A stretch of 64,000 nt of DNA from Lepidodermella squamata (lineage: Eukaryota; Animalia; Gastrotricha): NCBI GenBank assembly GCA_047495785.1, contig JBLDXI010000004.1, forward strand, positions 1,736,001-1,800,000, written 5' to 3'. This document shows positions 18,521 through 30,567 of the stretch, one piece after another (the stretch's first letter is position 1; each line of letters begins with the position of its first letter). A program made the translations under genes and the position numbers. The notes under the pieces were generated by a model. That model searched no databases. It was not told the DNA's origin and saw only the letters and a list, made by a program, of their open reading frames with translations.

Positions 18521-19091
18521 TTAGCCGAACTGTCGACCCGGATGTAGTTTAGCCATCTCGCCGCAAATGTACCTCGCCTCGGTTTCGTTCATTGAAAACG
18601 ACATGTTGATCTATGATGAAAGGACAATCAACACAATCACTAGACTTGTTTTTGTCACTAATTACCGGAATGTCATTGCCTGGACACCCAGCTGCATGCG
18701 AGTAACACTTTTTATCGTCGCACACAACAAATGCCTGGAAAAATTCAGAGACAAAATAATTTGATTCAATTAGATGTTCGTTAATTACGTACGTGTTCTG
18801 CTTCACATTTCGATTTTTCCGCCCAGCTGACTCGCCAGTTTTCAGGTACAGGTAGCTGGAAGTTTGTCAAAACAATGTAATGTGACAATTTTTTTCGCCG
18901 AAATGTTTGGATCATACCTCAAATTCAGATTTAGAACTGTCGCAGCGGCCTGATTTGCAGAAAAAATTGGCATCGCTCGCAGTTGCTTTGCAGCGATAGA
19001 AACCGGCTGCGCCATTACTCTGCGCAAGTGCCAGGCCAATGGCGAAATGGAACAGAAACAGACAGATTGTTTCCGTGGCTGATGGTTTCAT
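18521..19091 (-). CDS. Small secreted cysteine-rich protein (~130 aa, probably 4 exons), unknown family
   Basis: Signal MKPSATETICLFLFHFAIGLALA. Spliced model ...YRCKATASDANFFCKSGRCDSSKSEFE/LPVPENWRVSWAEKSKCEAEH/AFVVCDDKKCYSHAAGCPGNDIP/INMSFSMNETEARYICGEMAKLHPGRQFG* with canonical ~50-60 nt introns. Confidence 0.7.
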
Positions 19092-20801
19092 GTGGGCTGT
19101 TTTTTCAAAAACGCAGGCCTTATTGATTTTGTGGCAACAATTCACATCGAGTTTTGTGCGATTGTTTGCCGACGACACATGAAGCCAACAATGGCGTGTT
19201 GTAATAATAAAAGGCGAGTCGCTTTTGTAGCTTATTATTTTGTTTACGCACTTCACCTGCATTTATTCACGTGAAGTGTGAGCGGTCTTGTGTCAATGAT
19301 CGGCCTGATCAACTGCGCGCTTTATGAGATTTCCTTTATACAAAAAATAGCAAACAGCGAACAAGTTGGGCTGGCTGTATTTTATCGATGTGAATATTTA
19401 CAAAGACGCGTCCCAGTTCAAGCTTCGAGACTGAAATTGACTATTGGACTGTTATTCGTCGGCCGGTTAACCATTACTCTGTGCACTTTGTTTCGAACAT
19501 GATTCTATTTACAAGGCACATGTGGAGTTAACTCCATGCACCCTCTCTGATTAAGAAGAGAACAAGGGCCAAAGTTCAACCTTTCGAATTCACCGAAAGA
19601 GCTGTCGGAAAATGACAAAATAATGAAAATTGGCAAGTTAGAAACGCGTCTATCGAGCTTAATTTTTCTAGAGATGTATCAATTTGAAATTCGAAGCGCA
19701 CTTTGTATAGCGCTGTTTCTTTTCCGGTTCTTTCCAACATGCAAATAATACACTGGCGTAGAAAACGAAAGAAATTTGGAAAATGACCTCTTCTTCGCAG
19801 ACTGACTTGTTTTCCATTTTTCACGTAGTATTCGTAAGATATTATTTCGTTAGATTTGTTTCAGTATTTCTGGTTTCTAAAGTAATCCGGAATTGTCTTC
19901 AGGAATTAATAATTAATTTGAATTCATATCCTACTTTGAGTTTTTGAGCATAGAACACGTTTAGGGCGACTTCGGAGTGATTTTTTAATTAATTTTTTTC
20001 ATTAATTAATAGAGTTAACAGAGTAGCTGAGAGCAGCTCTGATGCGATATCTACACCGTGTTTTTTGTGTGTTGCCTACCTTCTACTCTACAAATATCGC
20101 AAGAACTGTGCGTGACATTTTAGAAATTATCAGATTAACAAGTCGTAATGCCGAATTTCTCAGGTTTATTTGAATTTTCGCGATAATGACGTTTCGGCTT
20201 TAATCACCAAATACAGTAGTAGGGCTTCTATCGTCATAATTTTCGTCTTGCCGCACATTCGAGGACAGTGGCTTTGAGCCTAGCTGTAATTAGTAATTAA
20301 TCCCAAGACATTGCCGATTAGCTCGGGATATAGCCTGCCCTTAAATTGTCGGTTGTCATGCTGGCATAAAACCGGCGTTTAATCAGTACTGCTGAAGAGT
20401 CTGATTCCGAGTTCCACATGGATCACGGATCACGCACTATATCCACAGACCCTGCAATTAGTTCAGAACCTGAAATTTAATCAAGTGTACGCGCGATTAA
20501 GTTTGAAGCTCACATTGGCTGATTGACCTAAATTCAATTACAGCAACAACAACTTACCTATATCGGTAAGAAATTGTCGAGCGATTAACGAGAAGTCCTA
20601 GATCCGGTGATAACACGTCTATGTATGGCTGTTGGCAAGCGGTAACTCTGTCAGGTGTCGTATCAGCCTGGACTTTCAGACGCCTGTCACTTCTCATCAG
20701 CATCGGCAACATCAGAGGGTAAAAAATCGCCAGCACGTGTCGGTTTTATTTAATAAAGAGGTCGGGTTTGATTCTAATATACCTCAGTCGGGCGAAAAAT
20801 A

Positions 20802-21173
20802 ATGGCGAAAATATTATTCTTCAGTTGTGTATTCATCGCGAGCCTAATAACAATCTTCACAACAGCAACAGCTGCCGAAAACACGGCGAAAGGTATTGTG
20901 TGATGTTCAATAACAGGAAATGCATCGGATGTGATTCACGTTTTAGCTATCAACTTTTCAGTTAAATACCAGCGTATCATCTCGGCGATATCTGCACTCT
21001 TCATCCGCTATCGCATGCATTTGCTCGACAGGTGCTTCGAACGCTACGGAGGTGCAGCCGCCAGGGCCATTCCGTTGTTTACCCGGCTGTGCTATCGCGA
21101 CGCCAACCAGCACCTGCTGCAGACTTCCGCCGCAATTCGAGCCGATAAAAGCGCGCCTCATTCTTCTTCTTAG
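20802..21173 (+). CDS. Small secreted protein, RCFE..GG..ARA..LF.R.C family member 1 (2 exons)
   Basis: Signal MAKILFFSCVFIASLITIFTTATA, intron 20893-20961, exon 2 VKYQRII...DRCFERYGGAAARAIPLFTRLC...*, downstream AATAAA. Confidence 0.7.
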
Positions 21174-21313
21174 AATTGGACTGTTTTTTGTGTACTAACT
21201 ACTCATTTTTTGCGACGTTCGTGGGAAATTTGAGAATAAAACACAACAGCTTATAAAGGCGTTTTTTCAATGGGCTATTTTGTATTTTCCATATTTTCAC
21301 TTTCTAGAAAAAG

Positions 21314-21730
21314 ATGCCTCGAGTTTTGGCTACTCTTCTCGCTATCGCCTTGCTTTTCGGTCTAGCTGCTTGCGGCTCTGATGACAACAATTCAACCACA
21401 TCGCCTAAAGATGTCAAGCTCAACTACAGCAAAATCAGTGAGTTTTCGAATCATTCCTGCCTCAATTTTTCTATGATTGGCTATTTCGTAGAGAACGATT
21501 TTCAACGGCTGTGGAAGCAGGAATTGCAGCGTAAATCTAGCGAGCAGATTTTGCAGAACCTGCTCTCAACGCTGGCGACTGCGTTGGAGAAACGCGAGCG
21601 TGAAAAATCGATGGAGCGGTGCTTCGAGCAGCTGGGCGGCGAGCAGGCTAGAGCTGTTGTGCTGTTTCAACGCATTTGCGCCCAGGGTGAAATCGCTGTA
21701 GATCGACGGGCGCCGTTCTCGCGTAATTGA
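21314..21730 (+). CDS. Small secreted protein/propeptide, RCFE..GG..ARA..LF.R.C family member 2
   Basis: Signal MPRVLATLLAIALLFGLAAC, probable in-frame 54-nt intron 21438-21491 (GTGAGT..TTTCGTAG), C-terminal KR-EREKSMERCFEQLGGEQARAVVLFQRIC. Confidence 0.7.
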   Translation: MPRVLATLLAIALLFGLAACGSDDNNSTTSPKDVKLNYSKISEFSNHSCLNFSMIGYFVENDFQRLWKQELQRKSSEQILQNLLSTLATALEKREREKSMERCFEQLGGEQARAVVLFQRICAQGEIAVDRRAPFSRN

Positions 21731-23160
21731 GACTGGGCTTCAAGGACAATCATTTCAATTTGCAATCGGGTCATTCTAAAACTGTCGTCGACGACCTCTC
21801 ATAATAAAATGATATTTTTCTGGCTCTGAGCCTATAAAAGAGATGAGCTATTTCCACCAGATAATTTTGGGAGAATTTTAGGGATTTTATCGCAAATTTG
21901 AAAGGTTACAAGAGGCAATAGGCAGCACAGAAGGTCCCCTGGGAATTTTTCCTACTGTTTTTTGACCTGCCTTAAAACTGTTACCCAATCTCACATCTCA
22001 GTCATTTAGAATGCGTAACGCTTCGTTAGTAACGGTGGATTGTCTTCGTCCTAACAAAGACAGACGCTCTTATTAACAGCTAGCTGCCCATTATAGCTTG
22101 TTTGTTACTACTTTTGAAAAAAAACAGACGTGATTGAATTATTAGCACTCTCTAATGTCAGAGTTTGTCTGAAATTTTTCGTTGAGAGGGGGAGTCGCCA
22201 CTTCATCAAGCCTATTAGCCTTGGCTATTTTAGTTTAATTGCTTTGTTGACTGTACAAATTCCGATTTTGAAACTGCGGTTATATTTAGCGACCGCAGCG
22301 GAATATTAGACGGTATAGCGAAAAACTGCGGTAATGCATCAAATTAGCGTTCAATACGCTCTAATTAAGATGAAAGCACTGTCATCTCGCCTGCCTGTCT
22401 TTAGGATAGGAAGGTTTAGGTGGGTTCAGGGTCGCTGCTCGTTGTTCTTGTAGGCTCTGTAAAACGATCATCAGAGCTCGGAGAAAATTATTTTTGTCAT
22501 TCGCTTTGACGAAAAAATTAAGTGAAATAAGAAATCAGGTAAAAAGTAAAACAGAAATGAAGATTAACGTTGAGTTGCTATTTCTATACAATTCATAAGA
22601 ATCAAGTTAAATCGAGTGTGGACGGCGGACAACGGAAATATTGATGAATTGATGGAGAAATGTCCGGAATCTTTTAACTTTAGGCTTTAGGAACATCTCA
22701 GATGATATAACTCCACATCATCAAGACTTGTTTATCTCCACCCCTAAAAACCTTGCTAATTTGATGAACCAATCAATAAATGCAGAGTTTGTTTTTCATC
22801 TCATCAACAATCGCCAACATTTGCTCGTTAGGCGAAAAAGTCTAGCCGTACGGAGGCGACAGCTAGCCATTCGAATTTTCGAGCCAATCAACAACTCGAC
22901 ATTTAACATCTGCTTTAATATTCGCCGACTCGAGGGGGCGTTCCTTCAAATAATTCCAGCAGCCAACAAGGGTGGGCCTTCCGCTACCTGGAGCGAGCCG
23001 CCTCACAGAATTTTCCCACCCTTCCATCCGGTGCGAATTCCTCACGGACTACCGATCCCTTTCTTCGTTATACCTGGGAATCTTCCGTCCACCGACTAAG
23101 ATCAGCACTGAGTCGCTCCGCCAGACATTTCGATAACTCCGAACTGTGACACCAGACGTA

Positions 23161-23727
23161 CATTATACTCCCGTTTTGCAGGTCAAAGGTCACACGTGCA
23201 CACGTGATCAAAACACTAAAATTTTAAGTTGTTGCTTGTTGTTAAGTTGGTGGTGGTTTCGTTATTTCGTCATTTCGTCAATTCGTCACTTTGAAAAACT
23301 TCCAAAAGGCCGAAAAAACTTAGAAAAAATCAAAAAAATGATATGACCTGGAGTCGAACTATCAACTAATAGTTTCGAGTGCTAGTGCTGGAACCACTAA
23401 GCAAGCAAGTTGTCTTAAAATCGTGTGCATCTATCTTGTTGAAGTATGCTTTAACTGTGGCCTATATCAATTGATTCTAAGACGGGTCCCATGTGTCTCC
23501 TGTGTGGTTTAGTGGTTCAAGCTATAGCTCAGGAAACCAGAGGTTGATAGTTCGACTCCAGCTCACAACATTTTATTTTTTATTTTTTTTTCATAGTGAC
23601 GAAATGACGAAATGACGAAATGACGAAACTACCACACTAGCAACAACCTAAAAGTTTAGTGTTTTGATCACACGTTTTGATCACGTGTGCACGTGTGACC
23701 TTTGACCTGCAAAACGGGAGAATAATG
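23161..23727. mobile_element. TA-flanked fold-back MITE containing two outward-facing tRNA-like (A/B box) cassettes
   Basis: ~55-bp TIR CATTAT(A/T)CTCCCGTTTTGCAGGTCAAAGGTCACACGTGCACACGTGATCAAAAC and TA TSD. The empty site is visible in the paralogous unit at ~44112-44135 (ACACCAGACGTAGATGCGGCG). Confidence 0.85.
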
Positions 23728-24220
23728 TAAATGCGGCGCTTACTTACAGGTTATTGGTTCGTCCGTCGTCCGGAAATTTACAAATACCCCACCAAAATAC
23801 GACCTTGCTGCTGGGCCAACACATTTGAAACAAATTATTGATCCCTAATAGCATGACTGCCGCCCAGTTCATTAACACTTCAACTGCCAAAAATAGACTG
23901 CGAGATCGATATTCGGATCCAAATCCTGGGTCTGTCAATAGTCTTTTTTTCAAGTCAACGATGCGTCGTCGTAGGGCATTACACTGCCGAAGCCACATCA
24001 CGGAGAACAGTGCGGTTTTTGCATTTTCAATAAAACTATCGTTAGGTTGCAGGACGTAACGATTCAGGAACATTCTTGAAGCCTAGATGCTGCTAAATCG
24101 ACAGACAACCTAGATTCAGAATTGAGAGTGAATAAAGAGAATAAATTGTATTTTGCACTTGGTTAACATTCGAGAAAAAGAATCGAAAATCCTCTTCCCG
24201 TGATTCGCTGGTTTCAAGTT

Positions 24221-27200
24221 TCAACAATATAACGTTGATCGACTTGCTCCCCGCGATGTCAGCAACTCAGCAACATCGGTTTTCTTATTGCAAATCGCGA
24301 TATTGACAGCTGTCTTAAAGCCAAATGCATTTCCAGCATCCTTATTTGCACCTCTATCCAGCAACAGTCGAACTACTTCGACTCTCCCATTCTGAGCCGC
24401 ATACATCAACGCCGTCCAGCCATCGTTATCCCTGGCCTCGATGGCAGCCCCGCGATCCAACAAAACTCGAGCTATTTCTAATTGCTCATTCGCAGCCGCA
24501 ACGATCAACGCCGTCCAGCCATCCTTATTCTGGTCGTCGATTGAAGCGTTGCGATCCCCCAACAGTCGAGCTACTTCGACTCTCCCATGCCAAGCAGCAA
24601 ACATCAACGCCGTCCAGCCATTGCCATTCTTCGCCTCGATGGAAGCGTTGCGATCAAGCAACAGCTGAACTACTTCGACATGCCCAAAATCAGCCGCAAA
24701 CATCAACGCAGTCCTGCCATCGTTATTCTTGCTCTCGATAGACGCGCTGCGATCAAGTAACAGTCGAGCTATTTCGACTTGCCCATACCTTGCAGCCAAC
24801 ATCAATGCCGTCTAGCCATCGTTATTTCTGGCTTCAATGGAAGCGTTGCGATGTAACAGCAGTCGAACTGCTTCGACTTGCCCATACATGGGCGCAATCA
24901 TCAACGCCGTGTTGCCATATTTATCCTTGGCCTCGATAGCCGCGTTGCGATCCAGTAATAGTCGAGCTATTTCGACTTGCCCATACTGAGCCGCAAGCAT
25001 CAACGCCGTCACGCCAGTGTTGGACTCGGCCTCGACGGCAACATTATGTTCTAGCAACAGTCGAACTACTTCTACCTTCCCCATCCGAGCCGCAATCATC
25101 AACGCCGTCCAGCCATTCTTATTCTGGTCGTCGATTGAAGCGTTGCGATCCAGCAAAAGTCGAGCTATTTCGACTTGCCCATTCCAAGCCGCATACTTCA
25201 ACGGCGTCCAGCCATAATCATCCTCCTTGACATTAACATTGGCTCCACGTTCAATGAAAAGCTGAACAATTTTCAGTCGCTGGTCTGATTGCGTCCGATT
25301 GCAGAATACACTGTGCAGTAGGGTGCCATTTGTGGCAATCCAACCACCACAGACAACCCTGGTTGGGTTGCGCCAGTTCGGGTCGAATTTGCCGCCTGTG
25401 GCTACGTCGATCTTCGCAACGAGCTGCCGCACCTGCGCCACGTCGCCCGTCTTGGCTGTCGCATTCCACAACTGCTCGTAAACTTCACGGATCTATATTA
25501 ATACGTAATAAAAAAAATAATGAGTTTATAGGATCGATTATTTGAGATTTAAGATGAAATTGAAGCTGAAGCTGAAACGGAGCATGATCCCGTTGATCGA
25601 CTAACTTGCCTAACGTCCTAACTTGCCTAACGTCCTAACTTGCCCTTTCGCGATATTCAAGCTTCGTCTTAATAATTATGATATTTCATCACAAAGTAGT
25701 TCTATCCAGGTATCTGTCTAGGTGAAAACTATACGTCACGTTTTTGTACGGCGACAATAGTGAAGGAAGATGGAATATATGCTAACAAGGGCCTGGTATA
25801 GACAGGATACGCCCATGTGAGGTGACTGCCCATTGAACGCCCAAAGAATTTTGTGAACACCTTGGTATTGGAAATATCTTGTTGAGCGATCATTTGTAAT
25901 CTATTAGTCTCAGAAGATCTTCTTTCTTCATCCTTATGACGTCCTTAGTGATCACGCTAACTTGCATTCTTCTCAACTGACTTCGTGTTCTTATAATCCC
26001 TCAAAAAGATGTTTCCATTACTAAAGTACTCAAGTGCGGGGAATTCAAAAATCAATATTAGAAGCTGAAGGTTGGCTATATTAGATCTAAAGGTTAGCTC
26101 GTCGTCAACAATAAGGAATCTTGATAGGATCTATGCAAGGATCTTTGTAAAAATTAGATATGGAACGTTTTTGTGTAAAGAGAAGAAAATGACACTTTAA
26201 CTGCCAAAAATGAACTGCGAGATCCGATAATTTTTGGATGCAAATATCGGATCTCGCAGTCCGTTTTTGGCAGTTAAAGTGATAATAAATTCGAGGATTG
26301 CTGTAGCCTAGTTGCATAGCGGCACATTTTTCAGGGGGAACACCAAGCTGCCAATCGCTAACCCAGGCAAAGATTATTTCGGGAGCGAGAGATAAACTAG
26401 AAGAAGAAAACAATGAATTATCGAAGGGAAATTTAATATATACTTTACAATCATCAGCTAATAGTCTGACTTTGACTCCGGCAGGAAGAATAGGGACTAA
26501 ATCGTTAATGTATATTAGAAGTAGTGAGGGGCCCAGGACAAAACTTTGGGGGACCCCACTAGTGACAGGCGTTGTAGAGCTAGAAGAATTATTAGCAACA
26601 ACATATGGCGTGCGATTAGAAAGGTAGGCAGCGATCAACTTTAAAATGTCACCGTCATGCTCAACGAGAGACGATTTGTTAAGAAGCTTGGAGGGATACA
26701 CAGAATCAAATGCCCTGGCATAGTCGATGTGAGCGATGTCAACAAATTCACCGCATTCAATAGCAAAGCACCAATCAGGGAACATTCGAGCATCTGAGAT
26801 TGCTGTGGGGTTGCGAGATCAGTGATTCGACTAGGGCTGAGTGCTAGGGGGTACGCAAAAAAGTGATTAAAAAATCGCGAACTTTGTTCGTTATCGAGAA
26901 AATTTCAAATGTTAACCATGCGGTGAAGCCAGGTTTTTTCATACAAAGAGCATGTAAGAGCAATGTAAGAGCGGGTAAATGGGCAAAATAAAGGCCGCAC
27001 TCAAATAAACGCCGTATTACAATAATTGCATAAAACATCCTGTTTGTGTTGAATATCAGTAATATTGAAATTTAACAAACCAGCGATGGTTGGTCGTTCG
27101 TTCCTGCTGAAGGGCTGCCTGGGCTTCGCGATGTCGCCACAGCTGTGAGGTTCACATCACCGGCTTCGGTATTATCTTGAGCAACAACAAGCCCGGATGC

Positions 27201-27242
27201 CAACCCAAGGAGAGCGATTACGATTGCTAAGTAGAGACGCAT
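24221..27242 (-). pseudogene. Secreted ankyrin-repeat protein copy 1 (~11 repeats) with an in-frame TAG
   Basis: Signal exon 27242-27081 (MRLYLAIVIALLGLASGLVVAQ..NDQPSL/gtttgt) joins the ankyrin exon 25492-24221 in phase 0 (atatag/ATC CGT GAA GTT). TAG at 24812-24814 replaces the usual Trp of GWTAL. Confidence 0.75.
26105..26785 (-). mobile_element. Degenerate non-LTR (CR1/L2/Jockey-group) reverse transcriptase fragment in intron 1 of ankyrin copy 1
   Basis: Motifs DYARAFDSV, SGVPQSFVLGPSLLLIYIND, LLADDCKVY, W..DWQL...PEKC. Confidence 0.8.
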
Positions 27243-30200
27243 TTTGAAAATTAAACAAGAAAACTGAGCTATCAACTAATAATTTTCTCTTTCTCGTGTG
27301 TTACGTGCTACGTGTTTTTTTTCGTTCAAGTATTTATTATATATTAAGTTTCAAGTCGTTTTTTTGTCCTTTTGTAATATTGATGAGTAATGCATGAGTA
27401 ATAAATTATTCAGATCCTTTGTTTACAAATTCCCTCTATTATATCAAAAACATCCTGTTGGGATCAGTCGTTTCATTGCCTTGACGGTGGCAAGTATGTT
27501 CAATCGTGATTGCGAAGAGGAGCGCAATAACCTCTCATTTGATGTAAGGTGTAAGGTAGCTGTTGAGTTTCGAGGCGAAGAAACGGTGGTCAACACCGAT
27601 CAACAAGGAAATGAACGACAAAAGCACGATGGCTTCCCCACGGCATCCCTCTCCTTGTCGTTGCACTCTCGTTCCGCTGGGCCGCGGATCGATGGCGATG
27701 AATCTTAGCTCGCGGGTCAAAACCAACGCATGGCAACTGGGCTTTCTCAACTTCGTCAGCTGCACAGCCTCAAGCAAAGTCACGCACTTTCCATCAAAGC
27801 TGCTGAATATCCTCTGAAAATGACAAAATTAAAACCAAGATCCCACATTCACCTTTACCCCTTACCCACATTTCACGCGTAAAGGGCAATAAATTAATAA
27901 ACACGAACCATCACTAGCTAATTTGATGTTTGAAGGTGTTAAATCGATGGCTAGCAAACAAGAAAAAAGATACTTTCCGATAAATTTGACAATATTCCGC
28001 AATGTTCCCTTTCAATATGAGGAGCGACAAATTGAGCAACAACGTTCCGATGTCTTTCGGATAATTGTAAATATCTTCTTCCGTGTTCCGTGAACGAGAG
28101 ACATTAGTTCAAGCTGGCTAAGCTCCCGCTGCCTCGAAACCTCGTTGGGTAGCTACGGACTTCCTGCGCGATCGTAGCCTACAAGCGCGTATTGTGGACT
28201 TTCTTAGCCATCAAGAAACCGTCAAATTCGGCGCTGTCACCCTGCTATACATCGTCCTCCGTTCTCGCGTAATTGAGACCGGGCTTCAAAGACAATCATT
28301 TCAATTCGCGATCGAGTCATTCTAACATTGTCGTCGACGACCTCTCATAACAAAATGATATTTTTCTGGCTCTGAACCTTTCTAGGAAATGTTGCCATCG
28401 ATATTTATGGGTTTTTTTTTAGCTTTTTTGTCATGGAAAACTAGGAAAGCTATTCAACATCACGGGATCATTCAGTGTTTTCCCTTTTTTGACCTATCAA
28501 GCTTATCTCCCAATGACGATTGAGTCGATATGGAATGGAATGCGTAACTCATCGGTAGTAACGGTGGATTGTCTTCGTCCTAACAAAGACAGACTCTTTT
28601 ATTAACAGCTGCCCATTATAGTTATAGTTCGTTTGTTACTACTTTTGAAAAAAACAGAAGTGATTGAATTATTACTAGCACTTTCTGATGTCAGAGTTTG
28701 TCTGACATTTTTCGTTGAGAGGGGGAGTCGCCACTTCATCAAGCCTATTAGCCTTGGCTATTTTAGTTTAATTGCTTTGTTGACTGTACAAATTCCGATT
28801 ATGAAACTGCGGTTATATTTAGCGGCCGCAGCGGAATATCTGGCGGAAGCAAAAAATTGCGGTAATGTATTCAATTAGCCTCCAATACGCTCTAAATGAG
28901 ATAAATACACTGTCATCTCGCCTGCCTCTCTTTAGGATAGGAAAGTTTAGGTGGGTTCAGGGTCGCTGCTCGTTGTTCTCGAAGGCTCTGTAAAACGATC
29001 ATCAGAGCTCGGAAAAAATTATTTCCGACATTCGCATAACCCCACATTAGGTCCAATTCTTGGGTCTGGTTTTTGCTCTAATCCAAAATTTCGAATTGAG
29101 TCACGTGGTTTCATCAGCATTCCTTCAGCATCACTCTGCATCATTGATTCAGGCAATTTCGCCAACTGGCTCAACGTCCTCTGCATCAGAGACGACATGC
29201 TCCAGAAGCTTAATGGAAGCTTTTTCATTCACAAATAGCTGTTTTGCGCTCATGGAAACTTTGCAGGAGGCAGTTATCAATTGTGATAACCTGCCCCGAG
29301 ATTTTGACGAGTCCATTTTGAGCGCCGAAAACAACGACGCCTATCATCTTCTTATCATCGCGCAAACAAATCGATCGGGTTGCTCTACAGAACCAGTGTT
29401 GTATCCCCACTTTCTTTTCCACGAGTTTTTATGGTTGCATGCCGCGGCTTGGCAGCTCTGTGTCGCATTTACAAGTATCTAAGAACTGCTACATTTACTA
29501 CAAGTAATGTAATGTTTAAACAATCAGCCGTCCTATTGCTTTGCCTGAATGTTTGAGAAAACAAAATGTATGACATAGAAATGTTTATGGTATCCAAAGA
29601 AGCGATCATCAACTAGTAAGAAACTGCGAATAGTCATGCGCGCGCGTATTCTGCTGACGTTCTCACTCTATTACAGGAACCGCCACGAAATAAAATTTGC
29701 GGCGATTCGCTGTAGTAATCTACCGATTCGTCGTCTGATGCTTGTGCTATACGAATAGCACGTTACATGGAGAGGCTATGGCGTGAAGATTTTCGCACGT
29801 CGCCGTGCGGCAATCTTGAACGCGCCTTTTACATCTTCAGTAATAAGAATAAGCAATAATCGATGGCTGTGAGACAGTTTGATAGTCTGTTTTTTTTACG
29901 AACACCACTATCCTCCTTGATGATACACCTAACACCGGAATACAACCTGCATCGGGTAACTGTGACTACACCGCTATCCTTTTTTAGGTACCCCACTATC
30001 TTCTTTGACGACCGACAGACGGACCGGCCGAAAACTACCTTCGACAACGCGGAGTTCCCCCTCATCTCTAATACTTATTAACATAACATGCCTACGGAGG
30101 ACGAAAAATAAAACTGATTCATTTTGGTCATATTTGTTCATTCATTCATTCGCAATATTAAGATTTTGTTATCTTCGGACACTTCTGAAATATCTCGTAT

Positions 30201-30567
30201 GACTTTCAAGTGTAGGTGTTAACTTTTGTCGCCCTGTCAATTTTAGGAGTTCACCGCCAACTGTCAAAAGCCGCTATAGGCTGACGGTGGTAATTACACG
30301 CTGCAGTAGCCACATAGCAGTTGACATCGTGGAGAACAGTGCGGTTTTATGCATTTTCACGAAACTATCGTTGGGTGCAGGACGTAACGATTTTCAGGAA
30401 TGATTTTCTTGAACCCTAGATGCTGCTAAATCGACAGAGAACACTGATTCGTAATTGAGAGTGAATAAAGAGAATAAATAATTGTATTTTGCCCTTGGAT
30501 AACATTCGAGAAAAAGTAAATTTGTAATTTGTTGAATCAAAAATCCTTTTCCGTGATTCCGCTGGTT

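Noticed and set aside
21314-21400. LLFGLAAC-GSDDNNS looks like a bacterial lipoprotein lipobox, suggesting HGT or contamination
   Set aside because: The gene has a canonical spliceosomal intron, an intron-containing paralog next door and eukaryotic surroundings; the match is likely chance
22193-24073. Duplicated coding-like sequence on the minus strand (also ~28720-29480, 37849-38272, 43575-44760) as a GPCR or nuclease pseudogene
   Set aside because: It has many stops and frameshifts and no diagnostic motif I can support; left unclassified pending tBLASTx/HMM of a consensus
25780-26050. Possible Penelope-like RT remnant (YFQYQG..MGSHL on the minus strand)
   Set aside because: Too short and frameshifted to call
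27072-27275. Short signal-peptide ORFs (also 54584-54844) as stand-alone small proteins
   Set aside because: Each ends at a conserved CTG/GTTTGT donor in phase with the downstream ATG-less ankyrin exon, so they are better explained as exon 1
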